A stretch of 64,000 nucleotides of DNA from Candidatus Moraniibacteriota bacterium (GTDB lineage: Bacteria; Patescibacteriota; Minisyncoccia; Moranbacterales; UBA1568). The notes beneath the pieces were generated by a model. That model was not told the origin of the DNA and made no database searches. It was given only the letters and a program-made list of their open reading frames with translations. Position numbers and translations under genes: made by a program. The stretch spans positions 144,627 through 208,626 of the forward strand of contig JAQTYF010000001.1 in the NCBI GenBank assembly GCA_028688415.1, written 5' to 3'. This document shows positions 36,581-45,766 of the stretch, one piece after another (within the stretch, counting starts at the first letter, position 1; each line of letters starts with the position of its first letter).

Positions 36581-36889
36581 CTATTTCTTGGCCGCTTCTT
36601 TCTTTACAGTCTTTGTCGGAAGTACATGAACGAATGTGCGGGCGACAAGTTTTCCAGTGAAATCCTTCACTTTTTTGGCTTGGAATTCGACAACTCCGCT
36701 GATCAGAGCGAAAAGAGTATCGTCTTCACCTTGCGCAACATTTTTCCCTGCATGGAATTTGGTACCACGTTGACGGATGATGATATTTGCTGTTTCGACC
36801 ATCTGACCACCAAAAATCTTGACGCCGAGGCGTTTGGAAATCGAATCACGACCGAGGGCGGTAGTCCCGCCTGCTTTTTTATGTGCCAT
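36581..36889 (-). CDS. rpmA: 50S ribosomal protein L27
   Basis: [10 protein letters not shown]...KIFGGQ...[23 protein letters not shown]. Confidence 0.9.
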   Translation of the reverse strand: MAHKKAGGTTALGRDSISKRLGVKIFGGQMVETANIIIRQRGTKFHAGKNVAQGEDDTLFALISGVVEFQAKKVKDFTGKLVARTFVHVLPTKTVKKEAAKK

Positions 36890-36942
36890 ACAAGAAGAGC
36901 TTACAAATTATTTGATGATTTGATATACTGCATATCATAGCA

Positions 36943-37380
36943 ATGATAACTGTCTTTGTCAACCGAATCGATACTCTTATGCTCGATACTCTCCGCCAAT
37001 GGTTCGTGAATCATAAGCAGAATATTGCCCTTTTTGGAGGGATTTTGCTTGTGGGCGTACTCAGTTTTGAGGGAGGGTTCCTCCGTGGTCAGATTTCTCA
37101 ATCAGCACCGATGATCATCTCTCTTCCTGCAAATGTCGAATCAGCAATTCCTGTTGTTTCCGCGGGTACAGATGATGCTACACGTCAGACGATATCTGAT
37201 GGAACAATATCTACCAAGGAAATCGAGGGGAATTGTCCGTTGGTAGGGAGTCGGAATTCTGATAAATACCATCTCTTTACGTGTGCGGTGGTCAAGAGAA
37301 TCAAGACAGAGAACAGAGTTTGTTTCTTGTCAAAAGAAGATGCAGAGAAACGGGGCTATGTAGCTGGTTGTACGAAATAA
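36943..37380 (+). CDS. hypothetical membrane-anchored protein with C-terminal Ada-like Cys4 metal-binding motif
   Basis: N-terminal TM; C-terminus CPLVGSRNSDKYHLFTCAVVKRIKTENRVCFLSKEDAEKRGYVAGC resembles the Ada N-terminal Zn-binding domain pattern. Confidence 0.35.
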   Translation: MITVFVNRIDTLMLDTLRQWFVNHKQNIALFGGILLVGVLSFEGGFLRGQISQSAPMIISLPANVESAIPVVSAGTDDATRQTISDGTISTKEIEGNCPLVGSRNSDKYHLFTCAVVKRIKTENRVCFLSKEDAEKRGYVAGCTK

Positions 37381-37408
37381 CAGAATAGTACTCGTCAAAA
37401 GAAAGTAA

Positions 37409-38617
37409 ATGTGGCATACTAAAAGAAAAATGCACAAAGAAAATTTCAATCCCAAAAAAATATTCTATCTCAGCCTCGTTTCGTTTGTGCTTGGTTTTGT
37501 CGACGCTTTCTGGATCTATACTATCTCGACCTATTTTGCAGAAATATCTGGGACGAATAATGTCGGTATTTTTTATCTTGTAGCCTTTACCAGCGTACTC
37601 ATTTCTCTTTTTTACGTACAGTCAATCGTGAGTCGTATAGGGAGATCGAGATTGCTTTATTTCTCACTCGGACTTTCTATCCTTCTCCTGACCTTATTGA
37701 CACATGTTTCTCCTTCTTGGTTTTCTATCGGTCTCTTTCTGCTTTTTATGGTGATGAATAGTATCGTCTGGGTAGCTCTCGATATCCTTATTGAGGGTTT
37801 CTCATCTGATACGATGGCTGGGAGGATTCGAGGATTACATCTCACTATTATGAATAGCGGTGTTCTTGTAGCGCCTTTCTTGGCTTCCAAGGTACTCGAT
37901 CTCTTTCATTTCGAAGGGATATTTTTTATCCTCGGTATCGGATATATGATTGTTTTCCTTATAGCACTTCTAGCCTTTCGTAATGACAATGCTACTTTTC
38001 ACGAGCATCTAAAACCCTGGCAGACCATACGAAGAATGATACACGAGAAGAACATCTTTTTTATTTATGTGATATCGTTCGCATTGGACTTTTTTTATGC
38101 CATGATGATCGTCTATACTTCGCTCTATCTCTTGAGTATAGGGTTTTTGTGGACTGAAATCGGTATTATTTTTACTGTCATGCTTGTTCCTTTTGTATTG
38201 TTGCAATATCCTCTCGGTATCATCGCTGACAAGAGACTTGGAGAAAAAGAACTGCTCATCGTGAGTATTATGATCATTATTTTTTCTACAGGGAGTCTGC
38301 CGTTCATTCATACACACAGTATATGGGTCTGGAGTGCCATACTTTTTCTGACACGTGTCGGAGCAGCTGGTATCGAAGTACTGCGTGATGCCTATTTCTA
38401 TAAACAAATTGATGGAAACAACCCTGATCTCATCGCTTTTTTCCGAACATCGCGACCAATCGGAAATATCTTTGGAGCTGGTATCGCGAGTCTTTTACTT
38501 ATTTTTTTGCCTCTCCAGAGTGTTTTCTTCGCTGTTGTCCTAGTGATGGTGATAGCTCTTATTGCTACCCTCTTTCTTGAAGATACCAAGGGTGAATCCG
38601 AAGAATGCTCTGCCTAG
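37409..38617 (+). CDS. MFS transporter
   Basis: ~12 predicted TM helices with a two-halves organisation. Confidence 0.65.
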   Translation: MWHTKRKMHKENFNPKKIFYLSLVSFVLGFVDAFWIYTISTYFAEISGTNNVGIFYLVAFTSVLISLFYVQSIVSRIGRSRLLYFSLGLSILLLTLLTHVSPSWFSIGLFLLFMVMNSIVWVALDILIEGFSSDTMAGRIRGLHLTIMNSGVLVAPFLASKVLDLFHFEGIFFILGIGYMIVFLIALLAFRNDNATFHEHLKPWQTIRRMIHEKNIFFIYVISFALDFFYAMMIVYTSLYLLSIGFLWTEIGIIFTVMLVPFVLLQYPLGIIADKRLGEKELLIVSIMIIIFSTGSLPFIHTHSIWVWSAILFLTRVGAAGIEVLRDAYFYKQIDGNNPDLIAFFRTSRPIGNIFGAGIASLLLIFLPLQSVFFAVVLVMVIALIATLFLEDTKGESEECSA

Positions 38618-38746
38618 GTATTACAAAGAGGTTGTTTGGAAGATTTCTCGAAAAATGGTACACTAATGAGGAAAAGAAGGCCTTTTTTCCTTGTGTTATT
38701 TGTGGAAAAAGACAATGGCTGGAGATTGATTATTTTCGTGAAAAAA

Positions 38747-39454
38747 ATGGCGTATCAGATACATCTTGATCAATTCGAAGGTCCGCTCGACCTTTTGCTT
38801 TCTCTCATCGAGAAAGAAAAACTTGATATTACTATAGTAAGTCTTTCTCGCGTGACCGATCAGTATCTCGAATATCTCAAGAGTGAAGAATCTGTCTCGC
38901 TCGCGGACCTTTCTTCTTTCCTTTCTGTTGCTGTGAGACTTCTCCTTATTAAATCGCGTGCACTTTTACCTGTTCTCGAATTTACCGAAGAGGAAGAAGA
39001 GTCGATGGACGATCTCGAAATACGACTCAAAGAATACAAGCGATTTCGTGAAGGAGCTGTTCGACTCGGGACGTTGATCGATCAAGGAAAGAGCATCTCT
39101 ATACGTGAGAGTTTTCTCGGGACACGTATCGTGTTCTATCCACCGAGCGGACTCACTGTCGACGACATACAGCTTCATTTTTCCAATGTCCTAGGTGAGA
39201 TCCCTCTTGTCGAAGTATTGCCGGAGAAAGAACTTTTGGCCGTCATTACATTGGAAGAGAAAATAAATGAGCTCAAGCGTACGCTTCGAGAACGAGCGGA
39301 ATCTTCTTTCACTGATCTTGTGCAGTCCGGATCTTCACGTGTCGAAATCATTGTTTCTTTCTTGGCTCTGCTCGAAATGGTCAAACAGCGTATTGTCTCT
39401 GTTGATCAAGAAAAGTTTTTTAGTAATATTCGTATCAATCGTATTGCTCCATAA
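38747..39454 (+). CDS. scpA: segregation and condensation protein A
   Basis: MAYQIHLDQFEGPLDLLLSLIEKEKLDI, the canonical ScpA N-terminus. Confidence 0.8.
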   Translation: MAYQIHLDQFEGPLDLLLSLIEKEKLDITIVSLSRVTDQYLEYLKSEESVSLADLSSFLSVAVRLLLIKSRALLPVLEFTEEEEESMDDLEIRLKEYKRFREGAVRLGTLIDQGKSISIRESFLGTRIVFYPPSGLTVDDIQLHFSNVLGEIPLVEVLPEKELLAVITLEEKINELKRTLRERAESSFTDLVQSGSSRVEIIVSFLALLEMVKQRIVSVDQEKFFSNIRINRIAP

Positions 39455-39465
39455 TATATCGTTCT

Positions 39466-40071
39466 ATGTCATCACTTCATATTCTCTCATCACTAGAATC
39501 CCTCCTTTTTATCAGTGGAGAACCTATTTCGTTTGCTCGTCTTGCCAAAATACTCGAAGTTGATGAAGAAACTATCAAACAATCCCTCGAGACACTCGCT
39601 TTGAAATATTCAGAAGATGCTTCGAGCGGACTCATGCTCGTGATGAAGGAAAAAGAAGTTGTCATGGGTACGAAACCAGAAAATGCGACACTGGTCGAAT
39701 TGTTGACCAAGAGTTCTATGCAGGAAAATCTCAGTCGAGTCGCACTTGAAGTACTTTCTATTGTTGCGTATCGGGCGCCGATTTCTCGAGTAGCTATAGA
39801 AGCGATTCGCGGTGTGAATTGTAGTTTTACTTTGCGTAATCTCCTTCTCCGTGATTTGATCGAGAGACAAACCAATCCGACAGATACTCGTGAATATGTT
39901 TATTCCCCGACGTTTCGTTTTCTGCAGTTACTCGGACTACATAGTGTGCAAGAACTCCCTGATTACGAGACGATGTCTGTCGATGGACGATTGAAAACGC
40001 TTATTGATTTTCCTCTCGAACAAGAAACACCAGATCCATCTGATATCAATACACAAAAAACGTCTGAATAA
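39466..40071 (+). CDS. scpB: segregation and condensation protein B
   Basis: LESLLFISGEPISFARLAKIL and winged-helix repeats typical of ScpB; immediately downstream of scpA. Confidence 0.8.
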   Translation: MSSLHILSSLESLLFISGEPISFARLAKILEVDEETIKQSLETLALKYSEDASSGLMLVMKEKEVVMGTKPENATLVELLTKSSMQENLSRVALEVLSIVAYRAPISRVAIEAIRGVNCSFTLRNLLLRDLIERQTNPTDTREYVYSPTFRFLQLLGLHSVQELPDYETMSVDGRLKTLIDFPLEQETPDPSDINTQKTSE

Positions 40072-40074
40072 AAT

Positions 40075-41103
40075 ATGCACAAAGCTATCGTCTTTCTCAC
40101 TTCTGTAATCATTATTCTCTTCCTCACCATTTCTGATGGAGAACATTTCTTGGCTCGAGGAGAGAGCTTTCTTGGTTTGTTTCGTATGGAAGATACACGT
40201 TTTTCTGATACTTCTTTCGAATCGCGTCAAATAGCCGATACTGTTTATGTGACAGAGGATCGAAGTTTTGCGTGTGGCTTTGTCCCTGAACTCAAGACGT
40301 ATGCACCGAACCTGAGTATTGTTTCTGCTCATGCCTCAGTCATTCTCGACGTCGATTCTGGAAATGTATTGTATGAGAAAAATGCAAATGAAGAACGGCA
40401 AATAGCATCACTTACGAAACTTTTTACAGCGACAATAGTAATGGAACGGGTGAAGAATCTCGATGAACTCGTAACTATCGACGAAGAAGCGGTCTATGCT
40501 GAAGGGACTCGTATCGGTTGCCCTCGTTCGGGTTTCTGTAATAGTGTACGTCTCAAAGTGGGGGAGAAAATTTCTGTCAAAAATCTTTTGAAAGCAGCGC
40601 TCATGAATAGTGCCAATGATTCTGCCATCGCACTCGGAAAACATATCGGAAAAACACAAGCAGGATTTGCGAATATCATGAATGCACGAGCCAAAGAACT
40701 CGGGTTGGAACATTCTCATTTTTGCACACCATCCGGTCTCGAACTCGATGGACGTGAGGCTGAGTGTTATTCTTCTGCTCTTGATATGGCCAAAATTACT
40801 GTACACGCTCTTTCTTTTCCAGAGATTTGGGAGATAATGCGTATAGAAAAGGATTTCATTGCCTCTTCTGATGGAGTGTATGAACACGAGATTTTCAACA
40901 CCAATAAGTTACTTGGTCAATTGCCAAATCTGGTTGGAACAAAGACTGGATTTACTCCGCTCGCAGGATATTCTTTGTTGGCAGTTGCTACTGATGAGAG
41001 TCGATCACATAGAGTAGTAGCAGTACTTCTCGATGATCCTAATCGTTGGCAAAGTATTCGATCGATGTTTGATTGGAGTTTCCAATCGGTGAGCTGGAGA
41101 TAA
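40075..41103 (+). CDS. D-alanyl-D-alanine carboxypeptidase (S11, PBP5/6-like)
   Basis: SLTKL (SxxK), SANDSA (SxN), KTGFT (KTG). Confidence 0.8.
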   Translation: MHKAIVFLTSVIIILFLTISDGEHFLARGESFLGLFRMEDTRFSDTSFESRQIADTVYVTEDRSFACGFVPELKTYAPNLSIVSAHASVILDVDSGNVLYEKNANEERQIASLTKLFTATIVMERVKNLDELVTIDEEAVYAEGTRIGCPRSGFCNSVRLKVGEKISVKNLLKAALMNSANDSAIALGKHIGKTQAGFANIMNARAKELGLEHSHFCTPSGLELDGREAECYSSALDMAKITVHALSFPEIWEIMRIEKDFIASSDGVYEHEIFNTNKLLGQLPNLVGTKTGFTPLAGYSLLAVATDESRSHRVVAVLLDDPNRWQSIRSMFDWSFQSVSWR

Positions 41104-41121
41104 TAATTATGTAATTTTTCT

Positions 41122-42237
41122 ATGGATATCCAAATTGCTCAAGTGCAGAATATTCCGATGGTGATCAATGTGCTCAAAGTTCTTTTTACCGGATTTTTAG
41201 CATTTCTTTTGGCATTTTTTCTCACACCGATCTGGACACATATCCTCTATAAATATAAAATTGGTATCAAAATAAAATCGAAATCAGTCGACGGGGAAAC
41301 ATTGACATTTGTCGGTAAACTCCATGCCAAAAAACAGGGGACACCAACCATGGGTGGAGTGATTATTTGGGTAACGGTATTGATGTTGGCGTATCTTTCG
41401 CATTATCTGTTTCCACTTATTGCAGAATGGCTCGGTATCAATTTCATCGCTCGATTGGATTTTCTCAGTCATTCACAGGTATGGTTGCCTCTTTTTGTAC
41501 TGGTAACTGCTGGTATACTCGGATTGTTTGATGATTATATGAGTATCCGTGGATGTGGCACAAACAAGGGTGGAGGAATGCGATTTGCTTTACGTTTTTG
41601 GTGGCTTTTCACTATTGCAGGCATAGGTGCTTGGTGGTTTTATTCCAAACTCGGATGGGATGAGATACATATCCCTGCTCTGGGTGATTTTTCGATGGGG
41701 CTTTGGTATATCCCACTTTTTATCTTTGTCATTCTTTTTTCGGCTATTTCATCCAATGAAACAGATGGTCTCGATGGTCTGAATGGAGGAGTGCTCCTTA
41801 TCGCTTTCAGTTCTTTCACGCTCATTGCTTTTATGCAAAACAGTTTGGACCTCGCATCTTTTTGTGCAGCCCTCTCAGGAGCCCTCCTTGCTTTTTTGTG
41901 GTTCAATATTCCTCCCGCGAGATTTTTTATGGGTGATACTGGTGCTATTTCACTCGGTACGACACTCGGCGTCGTAGCGATGCTCACGAATTCGTCTTTG
42001 ATTCTTTTCTTTATTGTTTTTATCTATATCTTGGAATCAGGAAGTGCTGCTCTCCAACTGTTGAGTAAACGATTTTTGAAACGAAAAATATTTTTGTCAG
42101 CACCGCTCCATCATCATTTTGAAGCCAAAGGTTGGGAAGAACCAAAAATAGTGATGCGAGCATGGATATTTACTGCACTCACGGCGCTTATTGGTCTCAT
42201 GATCGGTATTCTCGGCATGGGAAAAATACATTTGTAA
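41122..42237 (+). CDS. mraY: phospho-N-acetylmuramoyl-pentapeptide transferase
   Basis: NETDGLDGL, multi-TM, PPARFFMGDTG. Confidence 0.9.
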   Translation: MDIQIAQVQNIPMVINVLKVLFTGFLAFLLAFFLTPIWTHILYKYKIGIKIKSKSVDGETLTFVGKLHAKKQGTPTMGGVIIWVTVLMLAYLSHYLFPLIAEWLGINFIARLDFLSHSQVWLPLFVLVTAGILGLFDDYMSIRGCGTNKGGGMRFALRFWWLFTIAGIGAWWFYSKLGWDEIHIPALGDFSMGLWYIPLFIFVILFSAISSNETDGLDGLNGGVLLIAFSSFTLIAFMQNSLDLASFCAALSGALLAFLWFNIPPARFFMGDTGAISLGTTLGVVAMLTNSSLILFFIVFIYILESGSAALQLLSKRFLKRKIFLSAPLHHHFEAKGWEEPKIVMRAWIFTALTALIGLMIGILGMGKIHL

Positions 42238-42258
42238 ATCACTAAGAGGAAATGATAT

Positions 42259-43311
42259 ATGATTTTAAAAAGTATCGAAGAAGCATCGCTGGAGAACGCT
42301 CGAGTGCTCGTACGAGTGGATTTTAATGTCGAATTCAAGAACGTGTCTGAAGTGGCAGAACATTTCCGTTTTGATATCGTGAAAAAAACCATTGATTTTC
42401 TTGCGCAATTTCCTGGTGTGAAAATAGCTTTGCTCACTCATCTGGGTCGTCCCGAAGCTCAGGATAAGATGTTTTCTACAGAACGCATCATCTCTGCTGT
42501 AGAGCAATCTCTCAAGCGTAAAGTAGTATTTGTCCCAGACTGTATCGGAGACAAGGTGTCTCAGGCTCTTGATACGTTACCATCGGATGCGGTACTCCTT
42601 TTGGAGAATGTCCGGTTCTATGCTGAGGAAGAATCCAATGATATACTCTTCACACAGAAATTGGCAGAACCATTCAGTGTCTTTGTCAATGAGGCGTTTA
42701 GTGCATGTCACCGGGAACACGCTTCTATTGTCGGTATTCCACAACTGCTTCCTGCGTATGCCGGTTTCCGACTGATCGAAGAAGTGGAAACGCTCGATCG
42801 AGTGAAATATGAACCGAAACATCCAGCTATTGCCGTGATTGGTGGTGCCAAAATAGAGACCAAGTTGCCTCTTATTCATGCATTTGAAGAAAATTACGAT
42901 GCTATTTTGGTGGGAGGGAAGATCGCCAATGAAGCTCTTGATCAGAACATCGTTTTTTCTGAAAAAGTATTGCTTCCACAAGATTTCGGCTCTCCTGATC
43001 GATTCGATATCGGACCAAAAACGATTGCATTTTTTATACAAATGATCAAATTAGCCAAGACTGTAATATGGAATGGGCCAATGGGAAAGTTTGAAGAAAA
43101 ACCATACGATATGGGAACGGACGCTATCCTCCATGCTCTTCTCGAGAGTTCCGCGTACGTCGTTATTGGAGGAGGAGAATCACTCTCTGTATTGGAGAAA
43201 GCGGATGCGATGAACAAAATCGGATTTGTTTCTTCGGGTGGCGGAGCGATGCTCGAGTTTCTCGGTGGAAACACTTTGCCAGGACTCGAAGTGCTCAAAA
43301 GCGAAGAATGA
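42259..43311 (+). CDS. pgk: phosphoglycerate kinase (compact 350-aa form)
   Basis: RVDFNV, THLGRP, LLENVRFY, NEAFSACHREHAS, GGAKIETK, GGGAMLEFL. Confidence 0.85.
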   Translation: MILKSIEEASLENARVLVRVDFNVEFKNVSEVAEHFRFDIVKKTIDFLAQFPGVKIALLTHLGRPEAQDKMFSTERIISAVEQSLKRKVVFVPDCIGDKVSQALDTLPSDAVLLLENVRFYAEEESNDILFTQKLAEPFSVFVNEAFSACHREHASIVGIPQLLPAYAGFRLIEEVETLDRVKYEPKHPAIAVIGGAKIETKLPLIHAFEENYDAILVGGKIANEALDQNIVFSEKVLLPQDFGSPDRFDIGPKTIAFFIQMIKLAKTVIWNGPMGKFEEKPYDMGTDAILHALLESSAYVVIGGGESLSVLEKADAMNKIGFVSSGGGAMLEFLGGNTLPGLEVLKSEE

Positions 43312-43410
43312 GAGAGTGTGGTATAATAAACCAGAAGATGATTGTGTATCAATCAAAGAAAAGTGACTTTGAAAAAAAGAAAATATCAAAAAATAATTTT
43401 CCTGGAACGT

Positions 43411-44439
43411 ATGTTTTTCACTACTCCATCGTATAAAGTTATCTGTGTTGGTTCGACCTCCAAAGATGTTTTTTTCCCTACCGACGAAGGAATTATTATC
43501 GAAACACCGGAGGATATTCTCTCGAAAGAGAAGATTGCTTTTGAATTGGGTGGAAAAATCCGTGTCGAGAATCGTTTTGAAGCTGTCGGAGGTGTCGCTG
43601 CCAATGTCGCACACGGATTGACTCGTCTCGGGCATCGTGTCGGTTGTTATAGTAAGATAGGCAAGGACGAAACTGGAGACTGGATTTTAGATGAATTTCG
43701 GAGCGAGTCTGTACCGACCGATCTTTTGTCTATTGATGCAACCGCCAAGACAGATCTCTCTGCTATTATCGTGATGATGCAAAACGGAGAACGGACTATT
43801 TTTCATAATCGAGATGCCAATGAAAAATTGGAGATCAAAACTGAAAAACTGAAAAACACTGAATGGATTTTTGTCAGTGCTCTCAATGGTGATTGGGAGA
43901 ACAATCTCAGTATCCTCACTGATTTCAAAGAAAAGAAGGGTCTTTCTCTGGCACTCAATCCAGGTCAACACAATATCAAAAGTAACGTCTCAGCTGTTCT
44001 CAAGGCCGTAGCGGTCAGTGATGTCTTGATGCTTAACAAAGATGAAGCGATCGAACTTGTGATACAAATCAAAAAAGATATACCTCGGGAAAAACTCGAT
44101 GATGAATTTTTCCTTCTCGAAGCATTGCACCTTTTTGGCGCAAAAATTATCAGTATGACAGACGGAAAACGAGGTGCTTGGAGTTTTGATGGCACAGCGT
44201 ATTGGTTTTGTCCGATACATACGAAATCAAGCGTGGTAGATAGTACTGGATGTGGTGATGCGTTTGCATCAGGCTTCTTTGGAGCTATTCTCGAAGGACA
44301 TTCTATAGAAAAAGCCCTTTGTTATGGTACAGCGAATAGCGGAAGTGTGATTGGTGAGTATGGGGCAATCAGTGGTCTCTTGCACAAGGATATAATGGAA
44401 CAGTCTCTCGGAGATATTCTCCCAGAACGTTTAAACTAA
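43411..44439 (+). CDS. PfkB-family carbohydrate/nucleoside kinase
   Basis: DSTGCGDAFASGFFGAI (anion hole DTxGAGD) and GG dipeptide region. Confidence 0.75.
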   Translation: MFFTTPSYKVICVGSTSKDVFFPTDEGIIIETPEDILSKEKIAFELGGKIRVENRFEAVGGVAANVAHGLTRLGHRVGCYSKIGKDETGDWILDEFRSESVPTDLLSIDATAKTDLSAIIVMMQNGERTIFHNRDANEKLEIKTEKLKNTEWIFVSALNGDWENNLSILTDFKEKKGLSLALNPGQHNIKSNVSAVLKAVAVSDVLMLNKDEAIELVIQIKKDIPREKLDDEFFLLEALHLFGAKIISMTDGKRGAWSFDGTAYWFCPIHTKSSVVDSTGCGDAFASGFFGAILEGHSIEKALCYGTANSGSVIGEYGAISGLLHKDIMEQSLGDILPERLN

Positions 44440-44457
44440 AAGCATCATTTATACAGT

Positions 44458-45729
44458 ATGGGTATTTTTTCGAAACTTCCATGGGGCGGTGATTCAGATC
44501 TTTTTCTGGCACTGGATATAGGGACAGAAGTGGTAAAAGCCCTTATTTTTCGTATTGATAAACAAAAAAATCAGGGTATTATTATTGGGGTTGGTAGAGC
44601 ACCTCAGAAAATCGGTAATATGCAAAGTGGTGCAGTATCGGATATTAGTCGCGTGATCGAGTCTTGTCGAGAGGCTATTGTTCTTGCCAAGGAGCAGGCT
44701 CATATCAAACATATCAAAAAAAGCATCATCGGTATCGCAGGAGAACTCGTGAAAGGCACAACAACGACGGTACATTATGAACGAGTCAATCCTGAAATGC
44801 ATATCGGTGTTGCGGAATTGAAAACAATTATTCAGAAAGTACAGGATAAAGCATATCAGCGTATCAAAAAACAATTGGAATGGGAAACGGGACAAAGTGA
44901 TATCGATGTCAAACTCATCAACGCAGCTATAGTCGATGTGCGCATCGATGGATACCATATTGCTACCCCTGTGAATTTTCAGGGAAGAGATGTTTCTATG
45001 AGTGTATTCAATGCTTACGCACCAATGATTCATCTCGGAGCTATCGAGACTATTGCGGACGAACTTGATCTCGATCTTCTTTCGGTTGCTGCTGAACCGT
45101 ATGCTGTAGCACGTTCTGTCGAAGTGAAAGACATGATGGATTTCAACGCAATCTTTATTGATATCGGTGGTGGTACAACGGATATTGCCGTTGTCCGTAA
45201 TGGTGGATTGGAGGGAACAAAGATGTTTGCTCTTGGTGGACGAGCTTTCACGAAACATCTGGCCCAAGAGTTCAATCTGAGTTTTGAGGTTGCAGAAAAA
45301 ATGAAAATTGATTATACCAATGGACAAATACGGAAAGAAGATGCCGAGCGCCTTTCACTTTTGTTCGCCGATGACTGTCGTGTGTGGCTTGGTGGTGTAG
45401 AGTTATCACTCCTCGAATTTGCAGAAACAGATATCTTGCCATCGCGTATATTTCTTTGTGGTGGTGGATCGGCTTTGCCAGGAATTCAGAAGGCGTTACT
45501 CTCTCCAGATTGGTGGAAACAAAGTCTCCCATTTGCCAAACAGCCCCAAGTCGGATTTTTGCAACCGCGTGACATTGTGCACATTGTTGATGCAACCGGC
45601 GAATTGAACAATCCGCAAGACATCACTCCTATCGGATTGGCCAATCTCGCTCTCCTCAGTCATTTGGATGAAGAGAAAATGCTCTCCAGTATTTTACAGA
45701 GAAGTGTCGAAACTATAGAGAGACGATAA
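44458..45729 (+). CDS. ftsA: actin-like ATPase, FtsA-like
   Basis: LALDIGTEVVKA, IFIDIGGGTTDIAV, LCGGGSALPGI; downstream of mraY/dac genes. Not followed by ftsZ in this window. Confidence 0.6.
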   Translation: MGIFSKLPWGGDSDLFLALDIGTEVVKALIFRIDKQKNQGIIIGVGRAPQKIGNMQSGAVSDISRVIESCREAIVLAKEQAHIKHIKKSIIGIAGELVKGTTTTVHYERVNPEMHIGVAELKTIIQKVQDKAYQRIKKQLEWETGQSDIDVKLINAAIVDVRIDGYHIATPVNFQGRDVSMSVFNAYAPMIHLGAIETIADELDLDLLSVAAEPYAVARSVEVKDMMDFNAIFIDIGGGTTDIAVVRNGGLEGTKMFALGGRAFTKHLAQEFNLSFEVAEKMKIDYTNGQIRKEDAERLSLLFADDCRVWLGGVELSLLEFAETDILPSRIFLCGGGSALPGIQKALLSPDWWKQSLPFAKQPQVGFLQPRDIVHIVDATGELNNPQDITPIGLANLALLSHLDEEKMLSSILQRSVETIERR

Positions 45730-45766
45730 ATCACAATACGTTCGATTTTTTACACACATTTTATTA

